This document shows, in pieces, positions 1 through 11,753 of a DNA stretch of 64,000 nucleotides. This DNA comes from an uncultured Nitrososphaerales archaeon (lineage in GTDB: Archaea > Thermoproteota > Nitrososphaeria > Nitrososphaerales > Nitrososphaeraceae). The notes under the pieces are model-generated. The model did not search any database, was not told the origin of the DNA, and saw nothing but the letters and a program-made list of their open reading frames with translations. Each line of letters begins with the position of its first letter. Position 1 is the first letter of the stretch. Made by a program: the position numbers and the translations under genes. The stretch covers positions 320,001 through 384,000 of the forward strand of contig CAVQMO010000010.1 of assembly GCA_963713605.1 (NCBI GenBank), written 5' to 3'.

Positions 1-885
1 CGGTTTTGCTTCGTCTGCAGAAAGGCGGAGTGCGCGAACCCCACTGGCACGCCAATGCAGCTGAGTTAAGTTATTGTGTTGCTGGAAATGCTAGAATGAC
101 CATCTATGGTCCTAATGCCCGTCGTGATACATTTACGATAAACCCTGGACAGCTAACCTTTGTCCCAAGAGGACACTGGCACAACGTAGAAAATATTGGT
201 AATGAGGAGGCAAAATTTGTTATTGTATATAATAATGAACGTCCAGAAGATTCTGGGTATCTCAGAATCTGTTGGTTCTATGTCTGCACGAGTTTTAGAT
301 AGAATATTTGGAATCACCTCAGGATGTAATCATAGGACCAAAATCAGCCGTCTTTTCAAGTAGCATCCAGGTTCAGATTCCAAATACTAATCCACATACA
401 TTGAACTTGGCCGGTATCACTCCACAAATACAGACTTCGGGAGGAACTGGTGCATTGGGGATGGCTACTGATTTTCCAATACTCAAAGGTTTGGCATTGG
501 TTTCTGATACGTTTGAAGCCGAGTGGAATCGTAGAACCTCACACTCATCCAAATGCAGTCTGAATTGAACTATGTTATTAATGGAAAAGTACGTTTCACA
601 GTCTTTGGACCAAGTGGTGAGGTTGAGACATCCGAGATCGGTAAGGGTCAAGTCTTTTTTGTCCCATCTGGATATTTTCACTATCTAGAGAATCCCGATA
701 GTATAAGAGATGGCACTGTGGCTTCCTTCTTTAATAATGAGAATCCAGAATTTATAGGTATTGGAGGAGGACTCAGTGCCTATTCTGACGAAGTTTTAGG
801 TTCTGTATTCAATAAAGAACCAATATTCTTTAGTAGCCTCCCACGACTGGAGAAGAACGTGTTCATTACATCAGGAACAGAATAA
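1..885 (+). CDS. Bicupin, oxalate decarboxylase-like; 5' end outside window, split by frameshifts (ORFs 6..302, 308..568, 553..885)
   Basis: Two cupin metal motifs: REPHWHANAAEL...VPRGHWH and, across a frameshift near 530-570, VEPHTHPNA..ELNYV...VPSGYFHY. Confidence 0.8.
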
Positions 886-1344
886 GATGGAAGTACAGCG
901 AAACAACAGCACCTCCAATATGATGTATGATGATCATACAACGATATCAATAACAGCCAAGGATATGAATGAATGACGAGAGTAATTAGATCCTACGGCT
1001 TGGATGTAATAAGGTAATGAAGATCCTATATTTACCGTGTTTCTTTTATATAAATGTCTCACCTTAGGATCAGACAAGGTTATCCGACAATGGCTTTAAG
1101 GTACTTTCAAGGAAAACTATAGGTTAGTAGCATGTCGAGCAACCCTTTTAGCTCTTCCTATCACTTCCGCTGCTGTTGTCACTGGTACTGACATGGCCGC
1201 ATTGCCGTAGAAGCTCCAAGAATTTCAGTTCGGGATTCTGTACAGCGAGATAGGGTTACAATGCTAATTTGGTTGCACCTTTCAGCAATGATTCCTTGCT
1301 CATTTGTGGTGCCCTATCTTTTCCTCAATGTCAGTCTATTGCAG

Positions 1345-2136
1345 TCAATTATATCGAGTTTTGTTGATACAGTAGTACATCCTGCTCAAAGACAGATAAT
1401 TATTTGAAGGCCGTCGGGAATTGAACTGTTCCAAGACAACATCAGTTACCATCGCAACGATCTTTGGAATAGTTCTTGCTGCCTCAATGATTTCTTTTTG
1501 TAATGATGCATCAGATTCAATGACTAACGATCCTTGCATAATAGTAACGTTGATACCAAAAGAATTATCAAACCTTTTCCATTTCAGAATAGAAACCCCC
1601 GAATCGTTGATTTTTCCTACCCATCTAAGATTTTCGAACCATTTTCCTGTTAGCTTTGAGGTTATACGATCAATATCAAATTTAGTAAAATGCATATCCA
1701 AATATGCCAGTTGGGTATATTTTCTGTCCTTATTGTTGCTATTCATTGAAGTTGTGGCCATGCCTAGATGTCGTCCTAATTTAGTCAATCGAAATCCATA
1801 ATGTTTGATTTGTTCAATCAGGCCCAGATCAATGAGTCTCTTAATCGATCTACTAAGGCTTTGCTGATGCATATTAAGCTCCCTTACTAATCCATTGAAT
1901 GTATAGCTAGGGTCACCATTTGCAGCGCTTTTTAACAGTAACAGGATCTTGTTATCGTTATCATGTAATTCATTCAATGTTCTTGAATTTAATACAAATG
2001 ACTTGTTGCCATCGGTGCCATCAACCAACAGTGCCTGTTGACTTGGTAAGCCACCACGTGATTCAGAATACATGTCATCTGGCAATCTAGCACGATCTCC
2101 TTCATTATCCACTGGAATATCTGATTCGTTTGACAC
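1345..2136 (-). CDS. Winged-helix (MarR-like) DNA-binding domain protein
   Basis: YTFNGLVRELNMHQQSLSRSIKRLIDLGLIEQ..GFRLT is a wHTH pattern; 263-aa ORF. Confidence 0.65.
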   Translation of the reverse strand: MSNESDIPVDNEGDRARLPDDMYSESRGGLPSQQALLVDGTDGNKSFVLNSRTLNELHDNDNKILLLLKSAANGDPSYTFNGLVRELNMHQQSLSRSIKRLIDLGLIEQIKHYGFRLTKLGRHLGMATTSMNSNNKDRKYTQLAYLDMHFTKFDIDRITSKLTGKWFENLRWVGKINDSGVSILKWKRFDNSFGINVTIMQGSLVIESDASLQKEIIEAARTIPKIVAMVTDVVLEQFNSRRPSNNYLSLSRMYYCINKTRYN

Positions 2137-2490
2137 TAAGTTATGATTTCTACCATTTTCTCCAATATTAGCCTTTTCGCTTCGCTAAGGAACAAAGGAG
2201 CTTCAACTGAATTTCAAAGACAGGGATGTACGGTTCTACGATGATATGCACGAAAGAACACCAATATAGATAGTTAGCAATTTTTTGTCCCAGATGGATG
2301 AAATGAATTTATGCGTCAAAAGATGGTGGTGGAAGGAGACATAAGACACTGTTTTTAGTTCAAAAAAGGTTGGATTAAATCTATTCGTGTTCCATTAGTG
2401 TACTTGTCTTAGAATTACAAAAAAATATAGTATAATCCCTCATAATACGTATAAATCATTTTACTTACTAATTTAGGGGAGATTGAGACA

Positions 2491-2733
2491 ATGAAAGTAT
2501 TAATTGGTAGTAAATTCTTTGTGATAAATCTGCTTTTTCTTGTTGGTGCCCCTTTCTTAACTCTTGCAGTACAGGAGCAACTTGAAATCAGAGCCCAAAA
2601 TGAACCTAGTTTAGTTGCTCTAAATTCAAGCAGCACAAACATCGATGAAAATGATACCGGTGTCTTGAGTAATGATAGCCTCTCTGAAGACAAAATGGAA
2701 ATCCAGATCTGTGATGCATCTCATCCGTGCTGA
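2491..2733 (+). CDS. Small secreted/membrane-anchored hypothetical protein
   Basis: Hydrophobic N-terminus, acidic tail ending CDASHPC; TATA-like TATAAA and GGGAG upstream. Confidence 0.5.
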   Translation: MKVLIGSKFFVINLLFLVGAPFLTLAVQEQLEIRAQNEPSLVALNSSSTNIDENDTGVLSNDSLSEDKMEIQICDASHPC

Positions 2734-2800
2734 AATCTTTGTGCCAACTTAGAGCACTAGCCGTATATCCATTAACATTTCATAAAGCATTTGGTAACAA

Positions 2801-2806
2801 TATATA
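2801..2806 (+). promoter_or_regulatory. TATA box of the C2H2 micro-protein gene (probably leaderless)
   Basis: TATATA 25-30 nt upstream of the ATG at 2831. Confidence 0.5.
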
Positions 2807-2830
2807 TGCGCTTTAGCCCTTACTAGTAAC

Positions 2831-2956
2831 ATGTCCGAATATGTAGACGGCACATTTAGATGTACAATATGCGCAAAGGAGTTCCTTACGAAAAAGGACG
2901 CTGATTCTCATTACCGAGAGGATCACTCTACCGAAGTCGTCGATATACATGAATGA
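2831..2956 (+). CDS. 41-aa C2H2 zinc-finger micro-protein (not in ORF track)
   Basis: Translated by hand: MSEYVDGTFRCTICAKEFLTKKDADSHYREDHSTEVVDIHE; F-x-C-x2-C-x3-F-x8-H-x4-H. Confidence 0.75.
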   Translation: MSEYVDGTFRCTICAKEFLTKKDADSHYREDHSTEVVDIHE

Positions 2957-3456
2957 ACGTCAGATTTGGTTATCACCACAAGGGCTACAACGATTATGAT
3001 CAAGTAGGTTTTCAAGATGCGTGATTCATCTCATTCACTTTGAAGTAATCTAGATATGAGATTTAAAAGCTGACAGTAGTGCTGCCTTTTTCCCGAATCA
3101 TACCGAATTTGCTCATATACATAATAGATTAGTAATAGGCAATTGCCACAAAAACGTAATGAATGACCTACTTTCTTTCTTCCCATAATTCCCTTTATGT
3201 CTTTTGTATTATTTCTATCAATAGAATTCGATCGAGGTAGTTGTCATATCAAAATTGACCACGGTAAGTAAATGACTCATAACTTCATGGTCACTTGTTA
3301 AGGGATCAGGAGGTGAATTGGTTCATACCTATCCACTATGATATTTATTACTAATAATTCCTACATCATTTATTATAGCATCTCAATTGAAAGTAATAAT
3401 ATAACATTCAATCGAACCTGTTATTATATTCAAAATTTCATCCATAGAATATAATC

Positions 3457-3880
3457 ATGCTAGAATGCAACAACAACTATGGAAATAATAGCAGAAATGA
3501 TTTGCGTAAAGTTTGTGAAGCGGCCTTATCTGCGAGTAGAAACGTAATATTTGCCGCATTGGTAAATACGAATGGGATACTGATTGTTGGTAAATATAGG
3601 TTTGATCATCTTTCCAAATTATCTAAGTCATCTTCTGAAAAGATTAGTACCTGATGTGTCTAAGGGTTGTGTATTCTATCTGGAACGATTACTACCATAT
3701 TTAATGGGGGCCCGAAAGGTAAACAATATTAGTAACAAGAATGGTGGGAAGCTGACTAAAAGGGATGGAAAACGAATAGAATTAGATCTATTAAATGTAG
3801 ATGGAAAAGTAAAGACGGCCATCACCAAGATTCCAGAACTACCAAATATGTTTTTGTGTGTCGAGTACATTTCAAGTTGA
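3457..3880 (+). CDS. Roadblock/LC7-like hypothetical protein, frameshifted (3457..3654 + 3584..3880)
   Basis: VCEAALSASRNVIFAALVNTNGILIVG resembles LCKNTFDLDKRIRFAAICNRNGEIKYG of 43696..44046. Confidence 0.45.
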
Positions 3881-4311
3881 GAATTCCTACAATTGAATTT
3901 CTTTTTTGAAATTAATCACGACATTCGCAGGTTTGCTTTATGAGGCCAAGGATATTTGTTTGACATTGGAAAGACAGTTGTCTTGCATCAATTAATACCA
4001 AAGATTTAGATGTATTAGAATCTTACAATCAGTCATCGTCTATTGTTATGATTTGGTAAATAACTTAATAGTTGTTTGTTAGTTAGTTTTTGCGAATAAT
4101 GCTGAGATAGCAATACTTCGCTCAAAAATTTAATGCTTAATCATTTAGCTAAATTAACACTCATAGAAATTGTAAAACTGAAGGAAACAAAAGACAAAAT
4201 TATTTTTAGCAAGAAAACTATCATTTTTTTAGGAGGACGAAGTATGAATAATATGAGCGTATATTAAGAGCAAGGACTAGATAGCCATTAAGTGGACCAA
4301 ATAGGTCGGTT

Positions 4312-5583
4312 TTGATGTTAAATTCCATTGTTTCTAAGAAAGCAGTTATTTCGTTAATGCTTGCAAGAATATTCTATACAGTAAATTGGTTTAATGTCCC
4401 CTCTATTTTCATTTTCATAGCTGTTGATTTTGACGAGGACATTTCTGTATTAGGACTAATAACTGCGAGTTTTTTTATCGGTGTTGGTCTCTTTCAGGTT
4501 CTCGCGGGAATTCTTGCTGCCAAATATTCTCCAAGAAAAATTGCTATTCTTGGTATCGCAATCGCTTCTACCGCAGTTTTTTTCTCTGCATTCTCCGTAG
4601 ATTTGCTATCTATTGCAGTACTCAGATTTATTGTAGGATTAGGGATGGCTTTTTTCTTTGGTCCAAGTGTTATACTAATTTCAGGATATGTGGGAAAGCA
4701 ATCTGAAGGCTTAGGCATGGGGCTGCTCAATTCAGCCCATGCTATTGGTGGAATCATTGGCCTCTTTGTATGGGTATTAGTGGCGGAGCTCTTTGGATGG
4801 AGAACAAGTATAGTTCTGAGTGCAATAGCTGGTCTCATAACCTTAATCATCCTACAAATGTGGTTACCGAAAACAACTGAACCGCACCAAAAACAACGAG
4901 AGAAAATAAAACCTGAAATAAACGATATACACAAGAATAAGCCCCAAGACATTAGTAGCGAAATTGACGTTGAACAACGAAGATTTAATTTTAGGATCAA
5001 GTTTGGCCACGTGCAGAATATACTACTTAACAAGTCGCTCATAAAACTCGGTCTGGTTTTACTTGGATTTCAAGTTGGTTCAGGTCTGATCTGGTCATTT
5101 ATTGTATTTTATCTCGCAGATCACATTAAGATAGAACCAGCGATTGCAGGTTTAATCGGAAGTCTCAATCTAATTGTGGCCCTAATATCCTCTCCGATAG
5201 TGGGAAAAACATATGACAAACTTGGAAATGCAAAAAAACTGCTGGCATTATCTGGAATCTTATCTGCAGTTAGTGTAATGATGATTGGGATCCTACAATC
5301 CCAAGTTTACCTCATTGGAATTTCTGTAGTTGTGGCAGGTTTCTTTCTATCGTGGGGTTTTGTAATAGTCTATGTTAAGGCTAAACAAGTGAACACACAA
5401 TCTCCACCTGCCTACCAGACGCTTTCTGTAAGTTATGTTAATGGAATTTCCTTATTCGGTGCCTTTTGGATACCCATTCTTTTTGCTTCCATAATCAATC
5501 AATTCGGATACGTGACCGCTTGGATTGTGGGAGGAGCGATATTCCTCGCATTGGTCCTTCCAGTCCTCACGTTAGAAGAGTGA
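4312..5583 (+). CDS. MFS transporter
   Basis: About 12 hydrophobic segments in two halves; motif A-like GILAAKYSPRK and GKTYDKLGNAK; LRFIVGLG. Confidence 0.9.
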   Translation: MMLNSIVSKKAVISLMLARIFYTVNWFNVPSIFIFIAVDFDEDISVLGLITASFFIGVGLFQVLAGILAAKYSPRKIAILGIAIASTAVFFSAFSVDLLSIAVLRFIVGLGMAFFFGPSVILISGYVGKQSEGLGMGLLNSAHAIGGIIGLFVWVLVAELFGWRTSIVLSAIAGLITLIILQMWLPKTTEPHQKQREKIKPEINDIHKNKPQDISSEIDVEQRRFNFRIKFGHVQNILLNKSLIKLGLVLLGFQVGSGLIWSFIVFYLADHIKIEPAIAGLIGSLNLIVALISSPIVGKTYDKLGNAKKLLALSGILSAVSVMMIGILQSQVYLIGISVVVAGFFLSWGFVIVYVKAKQVNTQSPPAYQTLSVSYVNGISLFGAFWIPILFASIINQFGYVTAWIVGGAIFLALVLPVLTLEE

Positions 5584-5896
5584 TTCTGCGTTTAGTGAAG
5601 CTGAGGAGGCCAATAATAAGAGAGGTTCAGATCATTATGTACAACAATAATTTCTTGTTAAGTTCGGCAAGAAATAACTCATCATAGAAGTGTCAATACA
5701 TCATTTAATCTACCAAGCTATGCCATAGGGGTAGCGTTTAATGAGAACATTGTTAATGGCAAATTTCGTAATTAGACAGGTATAATTTGTTAATAATAGC
5801 ATAATATACATAGTTCAACTCAATGACTACCGATATTTAGATCAATAAATATGCTCATTCATAACTATTAACAAGTGTCCGACCTAGATGTAGACG

Positions 5897-6433
5897 GTGA
5901 GCAAGATATCAACTAACGATACAACAGAGGAGCATACAACATCTCACAATACAGCTTGCAATGCCGGAAATGTTGATGGTACTGACACATATGAAAGCAC
6001 GTATGAATTAGAGGATATCATGCATGGTGAACACGACTCGTCATTCCAAAGTATCAAATATGATATGGTGGATTTTGTGGATCCAATACGGCTGGCTGCG
6101 GTGGGTGACCGATATCCTTATCATACTTCTACTCAAGGCGTCGTGCTTTACAAGAAACGAGGTAGTAAAGAAAGCTTTTTAATGCTGCACTGGACTATTT
6201 TATCGTCGTCGACGTGTCAAGCAAGCAATGAAGGAGAGCTACAAACCAAAAGATCTCTTCTTAAAGCTATCCTGCCATGTGATCCTGAAAAAACGTTAGT
6301 GTCCTGTACTGAAGAAGAAGCGTTTGACTTTCTATACAGCTTATACGGTTCTAACAGGAATTCGGACGTTACTGATGAAGAAATAGATCAGATTTTGAAA
6401 ATTTATATTCCTAACAAGTCTATTTCAAGATAG
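5897..6433 (+). CDS. Hypothetical protein
   Basis: 178-aa ORF with TTATT/TTAA-rich promoter-like region upstream; no motif recognised. Confidence 0.5.
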   Translation: MSKISTNDTTEEHTTSHNTACNAGNVDGTDTYESTYELEDIMHGEHDSSFQSIKYDMVDFVDPIRLAAVGDRYPYHTSTQGVVLYKKRGSKESFLMLHWTILSSSTCQASNEGELQTKRSLLKAILPCDPEKTLVSCTEEEAFDFLYSLYGSNRNSDVTDEEIDQILKIYIPNKSISR

Positions 6434-6684
6434 GTTCTGCAATATTCTACGAACAGGTTGCTAGTTGGACATCACTAAAAACCCGTCAATTGGGATGCGG
6501 CGTCTCATTCTAAACTAATTCCTATAAGCCAAGTCGACTGTGTTACAAAAATCTGCGTCTTGAATCATATTACAATACACTACTTGGTTCAATCCAATGC
6601 GAGAAATACTTGTCAGCAAATTAAAAATTCATGATTGTGTTCCAAAAAATTTATTAAAATTATGCAGAGAATAACCTATGTCGT

Positions 6685-6965
6685 ATTGATGAACTTCAAG
6701 AGATACGAATTGTTTTTCAAGGATTAAAAACCTTGTATCAAACATACCTTCCTAAGGCAGATCCGTTGCTAATACATGACTTACTAATTCGTGAATAGAA
6801 AAATTACCGACCAAATGATCCACGCCTACATCTTGTTACGACACAGTTGAAGTATCAACTAGCCACGAAAAAGAGTTTGAGAGAATGAGAAGAGCAATTC
6901 ATCAGAAAACTGTTTTGTCTCCGTCAATATATGACAACGGCACCCGTTACGTGCTAAACATGGAG
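6685..6965 (+). pseudogene. Degraded copy of a Nitrososphaerota hypothetical protein family
   Basis: Broken reading DELQEIRIVFQGLKTLYQTYLPKADPLLIHDLLIRE* ... SIYDNGTRYVLNM; family assignment from memory only. Confidence 0.35.
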
Positions 6966-7278
6966 TTACTGGGCATTATGCAGGAGTAAACCAGAAATAA
7001 TTAAATTCTCTGCTCTCGCACGAAACCTAAGGATATGGGCAGTGCCGAACGGGAACGACTATCATTTATAATATTATAGCTACATTCTACCAATTCTGAC
7101 TATGATGTTCAGTCGCTCTATTCTATACGCAAAAAAGTATTAGTGTAGAGGTACATCAGTAAGTCTGTTGGTATCAGTTGATCATGTATCAGGCAACTAA
7201 ATTTTGAGTTTGTTCCCTCGAATTCAATTTCGAAGGTAACAAGAATCTGCTTATTGTAGTTGGTTATCTATGAATGCT

Positions 7279-7779
7279 CTAGAGATGAGCCCTTAACATC
7301 CAGGCCATTTTCTCGTGGATTTCCATCAATCCAGTAAGGAAATCGTTTGTACCAATATCATGATACTTCGTATCACATATTTCGAGGTCTGAACGTAGAC
7401 TGCGAATAATTTGTTCGTGATCACTTAATAATTTAGAGATCATTTTGAGGTCACCTGGATACTCCCCAGGACTCTCTTTGAGTCTTGACTCTTTGACGAA
7501 TTCAGTCAACGTTGCCATTGACATTCCTCCGAGTGTCCTTGTCCGCTCTGCTATCTCATCTATCAATTCATCAAGTTTTTCATACTGTTCTTGAAAAAAT
7601 TTATGTCTATCGTTAAAATGAGATCCTGTCACATTCCAATGATAATTTCTCGTTTTTGTGTACAAGATATGTTCGTCTGCCAGTAACGTGTTCAGGATCT
7701 TGACAACGCCTTCTCTATTCTGTTGAGAGATCCCTATACTCAGATCACTCTTTGTCTTTTCAAGCGTTTTTAATGTCAT
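7279..7779 (-). CDS. dps: DNA starvation/stationary phase protection protein Dps
   Basis: LYTKTRNYHWNVTGSHF..H...DEIAER and HEKMAWML ferroxidase motifs. Confidence 0.95.
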   Translation of the reverse strand: MTLKTLEKTKSDLSIGISQQNREGVVKILNTLLADEHILYTKTRNYHWNVTGSHFNDRHKFFQEQYEKLDELIDEIAERTRTLGGMSMATLTEFVKESRLKESPGEYPGDLKMISKLLSDHEQIIRSLRSDLEICDTKYHDIGTNDFLTGLMEIHEKMAWMLRAHL

Positions 7780-8042
7780 GCTATTACACCATATTTATGA
7801 TATCAATGTATAAAAAGATCTCAGACCTGGGACCCCGAACAGAAATGGGATCATCATGCATTTGGCATCCAAAATCAGAATGTCTTAATGTGCTAGATTA
7901 CCGTGTTCCTGATTGTGTCGATGTCATTATAAACCATTTTGTAGCAGCTACAAATGAGATAAAATTCTTAGCGTAAAATTATAGAAAACTCTTATAGAAT
8001 TTACAATACATTTGTTAATATTATTCTAATAATATATTATTT

Positions 8043-8342
8043 GTGATGAAACCACTAAGACAACAACATAGAAGCAGGTCGGAGATAATAGCGTCTATTC
8101 TTGCGACAGCAAACGGCAATCGGATAAGACAAACCGAAATACTCTACAAAACATATCTTTCACATACGCTCTTGAAGGACTATTTGTTGTTCTTAATTGA
8201 GAACGATTTGATAGAATACACTACTGGAGATAGAACATTTAAAACCACTGAGAAAGGCATGTGTTTTCTTAGAATGTACTCGCAGATGAATGAGTTAATG
8301 GTTATGAAGCAGCAGCAGCAAGTCGTACAATTTACCACATGA
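8043..8342 (+). CDS. Small winged-helix transcriptional regulator (archaeal HTH_45-like)
   Basis: RSRSEIIASIL...TEILYKTYLS...YLLFLIENDLI...TTEKG. Confidence 0.85.
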   Translation: MMKPLRQQHRSRSEIIASILATANGNRIRQTEILYKTYLSHTLLKDYLLFLIENDLIEYTTGDRTFKTTEKGMCFLRMYSQMNELMVMKQQQQVVQFTT

Positions 8343-8514
8343 AAGCATCTCGAATGTATCCCGAATGCTAACGGGGCATCAGATTTTCAGAGGTGTTGAA
8401 AACTATCGTAACACCTCTTACTGCAAACTTGAGTACAAACATTTTTCTGTAAATTCTCACTGTATTTTCTTAGCGTAGTATATTATATTCTTGTCCGACA
8501 GCTAAATAATTAAC

Positions 8515-8930
8515 GTGGGCCCACCAATAGTAAATCTAAATTTCCACAATGCCGAAACAGTATTGTACAGAATCCCAGGAGTCACGAAGATACTTTTGAT
8601 CAATAGTGATTGTGCACCTGCAATGACCTTGAAGAAGGGTTTAAAGAAATATGGCTTCCAAGTTTACTATTTTGCGAATGTATTCACAGCGATCCATTGA
8701 GAAAACCAGAAGGGTAAATTACGAGATGATATTGTGTGATATCAAAGCGTGTGATATTGAATATCTGTTATTTGCAAACAAATAAGAAAATTGAGCCATA
8801 GTGTAAAAATATTCCTTATGATTTCTCGTAAAATTCGAAGATATTGTAATACGTAACGCCATGATGGCGGGTGTCAATGAGAATAATAGAAAAACCAATT
8901 TCAGCCAAAACTTGAACATAGTGTTATAAG
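8515..8930 (+). pseudogene. Divergent response-regulator receiver domain, disrupted
   Basis: KILLI...LKKYGFQV then, in shifted frames, YEMILCDIK...IRKLSHSVKIFLM and IIEKPIS. Confidence 0.5.
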
Positions 8931-9237
8931 ATTACATAGATGGAATCATTACAAAAATCTACTGAATTCAGCGTTTAAGCTATGATATTCCGTGTTAATA
9001 ATTTGCCCGCTATGTAATGGATCGATTCATATAACACGCATGTGGCTGAATGAAACGGATTAACAAAGCTAGTCATGCCAGCCATTCAATTAAGGGGATA
9101 AATAAACTAAAATAAAGTCCAAAGAATCTTTCAACGGTCCTTGTATAATGTCCTTGTATATCTTCATTATTGATTATACACGAGAATATTTGCATATTAT
9201 ATAAAAGAATAATGCATACAAAGTATCCTAGGCAAAA

Positions 9238-9468
9238 ATGCCCAGGAATACTCGAAATGGAATCTTGTCAAATGAACCGATATCCATGCAGGGGATGGTA
9301 AAAAGAGCGAAATCTGGAAAACAGAAGCCAAAGCCTGAAACATTGATATCTCAGCTGGAAATTGAGATTGAATGTCCCAGATGTAATGAGATCTTGGAGC
9401 TTTATTCCGATTTTGATAGCCTATATTATTATTGCGAGAATTGTAGTTTACAACTGCGCGTTGGATAA
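9238..9468 (+). CDS. Small Zn-ribbon protein
   Basis: ECPRC-x15-YCENC; TATAAA about 35 nt upstream. Confidence 0.7.
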   Translation: MPRNTRNGILSNEPISMQGMVKRAKSGKQKPKPETLISQLEIEIECPRCNEILELYSDFDSLYYYCENCSLQLRVG

Positions 9469-9883
9469 CGGCTCGACAACGAGTAAACTTGCTGTCGTCA
9501 ACATAGTAAATATCCATATCCATCTATATCGCATCTTTAATATGGTACTTGGCATAAATCAAATATCCACTTTACATCGCAACCTAAATATTGGTTAACA
9601 GACATCTAACCACAATCGAACATCATATTTTGACGATGTGTTGCATGATACGCTCTTATTGCATTTTCTAGGAACATCTATCGAGGTTGCTAATATTTTG
9701 AGGCAGTAAAGCACTATCCGATTATCCGAATATTAGACAGTAGGAAAATCATACGAAAGCTGTTCAGCACTAATCGTTAAGGTTCTATCTCAGTCTCGTA
9801 TAGGTAATTAGCGATCCCTCAAACTAATCAGGAAATTGTTAACGGGCTTATCTATATATTGATTGATAGTCTAATCTGATTTC

Positions 9884-11221
9884 ATGGGTACCCAAATGAG
9901 CTATGCTAGAAAGGGCCAAGCAACTGACGAAATGATTCGTGTTTCAAGAGACGAAAGGACGAGTATTGAGGCCCTTATGCATGGGATAGCCAGAGGAAGT
10001 ATTATAATTCCCAGAAACCTTGCGAGAAAGCAAGAAGCTGTACGAGTTGTTGGAATAGGAGATGGTTTAAAGACCAAAGTAAATGTGAATATCGGAACAT
10101 CGACCTTGTATCAAGATCTTGATGAAGAGGTCTCTAAGGCAAAGATTGCTGTCAATCACGGGGCCGATACATTAATGGATTTGTCAGATGGAGGTGATCT
10201 CGATCTAATCAGAGAAAGACTATTAGAAGAAGCCAAAATAACCTTTGGTTCAGTTCCGATCTATCAGGCTTATGCCCATGGAGTTCAGAGATACAAGAAC
10301 CCTCTTAATATTACAGAGGATGATTTTCTGAATGCGTTTGAAAAGAATGTTAAAGATGGAGTTGATTATACTACCATACATTCTGGCATAACTAAAGAGC
10401 TAGCGAAAAGGGTACTGGAGGTCAAAAGACACGGAGGGATAGTCTCTAAAGGAGGTACCATAACGGCAGCATGGATGCTAAAGTACGACAAAGAGAATCC
10501 TTATTTCAAACACTTTGACTATCTTTGTGAAATAGCTAAGGAGTATGATGTGACGTTCAGCTTGGGCGATGCATTACGTCCTGGATCGATACTAGATTCC
10601 CATGATGAATTGCAGGTTGAAGAGATGTTGAATGTATCAAGACTTACAAAAAAGGCTCATGAGCAAGACATTCAAGTCATGGTCGAAGGTCCAGGACACG
10701 TTCCGCTGAATGAAGTGGCTGCAAATGTCAGACTCGCTAAATCACTCATAGGAAATGTTCCCTACTATGTTCTAGGTCCTTTAGTAACAGACATAGCAGC
10801 CGGATATGACCACATCGCTAGCGCAATTGGAGCCGCCGTTTCCGCTCCTGAGGGTGTTGATCTCCTTTGCTACTTGACGCCTGCAGAGCACTTGGGACTG
10901 CCTACAGTCGACGAAGTAAAGGAAGGACTGATAGCATACCGAATAGCCGCACATGCAGGAGATCTTGTCAAGCTCCGTGAAAAAGTAATCGATTGGGACA
11001 GAGAGATAACTGAAGCACGGCGAACCCTGAATTGGGAAAGGCAGATTGCTCTATCAATTGACCCTGAACAGGCAGCCAAGATACATCACAGACGACAAGG
11101 TCAACTAGATGGTAATAATGTTCCTTGTACAATGTGTGGAGGGGCATGTGTGTATATAATGTTACCACAACAACGTAGGAATGAAGAAGCAATCACTAAA
11201 CAAACCGGTTCTGATGATTAG
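9884..11221 (+). CDS. thiC: Phosphomethylpyrimidine synthase ThiC
   Basis: KVNVNIGTS, GADTLMDLS, VSKGG, SLGDALRPG, MVEGPGHVP, CYLTPAEHLGLP, CTMCG..C. Confidence 0.98.
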   Translation: MGTQMSYARKGQATDEMIRVSRDERTSIEALMHGIARGSIIIPRNLARKQEAVRVVGIGDGLKTKVNVNIGTSTLYQDLDEEVSKAKIAVNHGADTLMDLSDGGDLDLIRERLLEEAKITFGSVPIYQAYAHGVQRYKNPLNITEDDFLNAFEKNVKDGVDYTTIHSGITKELAKRVLEVKRHGGIVSKGGTITAAWMLKYDKENPYFKHFDYLCEIAKEYDVTFSLGDALRPGSILDSHDELQVEEMLNVSRLTKKAHEQDIQVMVEGPGHVPLNEVAANVRLAKSLIGNVPYYVLGPLVTDIAAGYDHIASAIGAAVSAPEGVDLLCYLTPAEHLGLPTVDEVKEGLIAYRIAAHAGDLVKLREKVIDWDREITEARRTLNWERQIALSIDPEQAAKIHHRRQGQLDGNNVPCTMCGGACVYIMLPQQRRNEEAITKQTGSDD

Positions 11222-11753
11222 AACATCTCCAATTTTTCTGATTACTCATAAGAGTATTTTGTTGTTTTGAGTATGCCGTTTTCACATGTGACATTTTGAC
11301 ACGGAATTTAACACATGATTGGTTCTCCGATTTGTTGTGATTTCGAGCTATAAGGATTCAAGGTTAAACATAACTATTATTAGTAATAGATTCCTCAAAA
11401 TATGAGAAAGTCGATTTGAGACGGCTCTTTACTTTACCATATCTCTCATCGTCCGGATACAAGGTCGATTATGAAACCTGCGATAGTAATTAATGGTAAA
11501 TTGAAAAATAGGTGAATCATCAACTCAACAGTCCAGTCATTGACATAGCCACCGCTTCGAAGATATATGTGCCTTATCCATCATTAATTCATGTGTGGTC
11601 AAATAATATATCGTTTGTCATAAAATCAATGAACGCATTGCAATATCGTATCATAAGAACTACAATCAATCTTGGCATATGTTTGAAAAAACATACTCAT
11701 ACATCATGACCTGTTACCATCATATTTATTTATCACGCATCTAAATGTGAGAC

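Noticed and set aside
9600..9883. TPP riboswitch upstream of thiC
   Set aside because: No recognisable THI-box consensus; TATA lies about 26-30 nt from the ATG, leaving almost no leader
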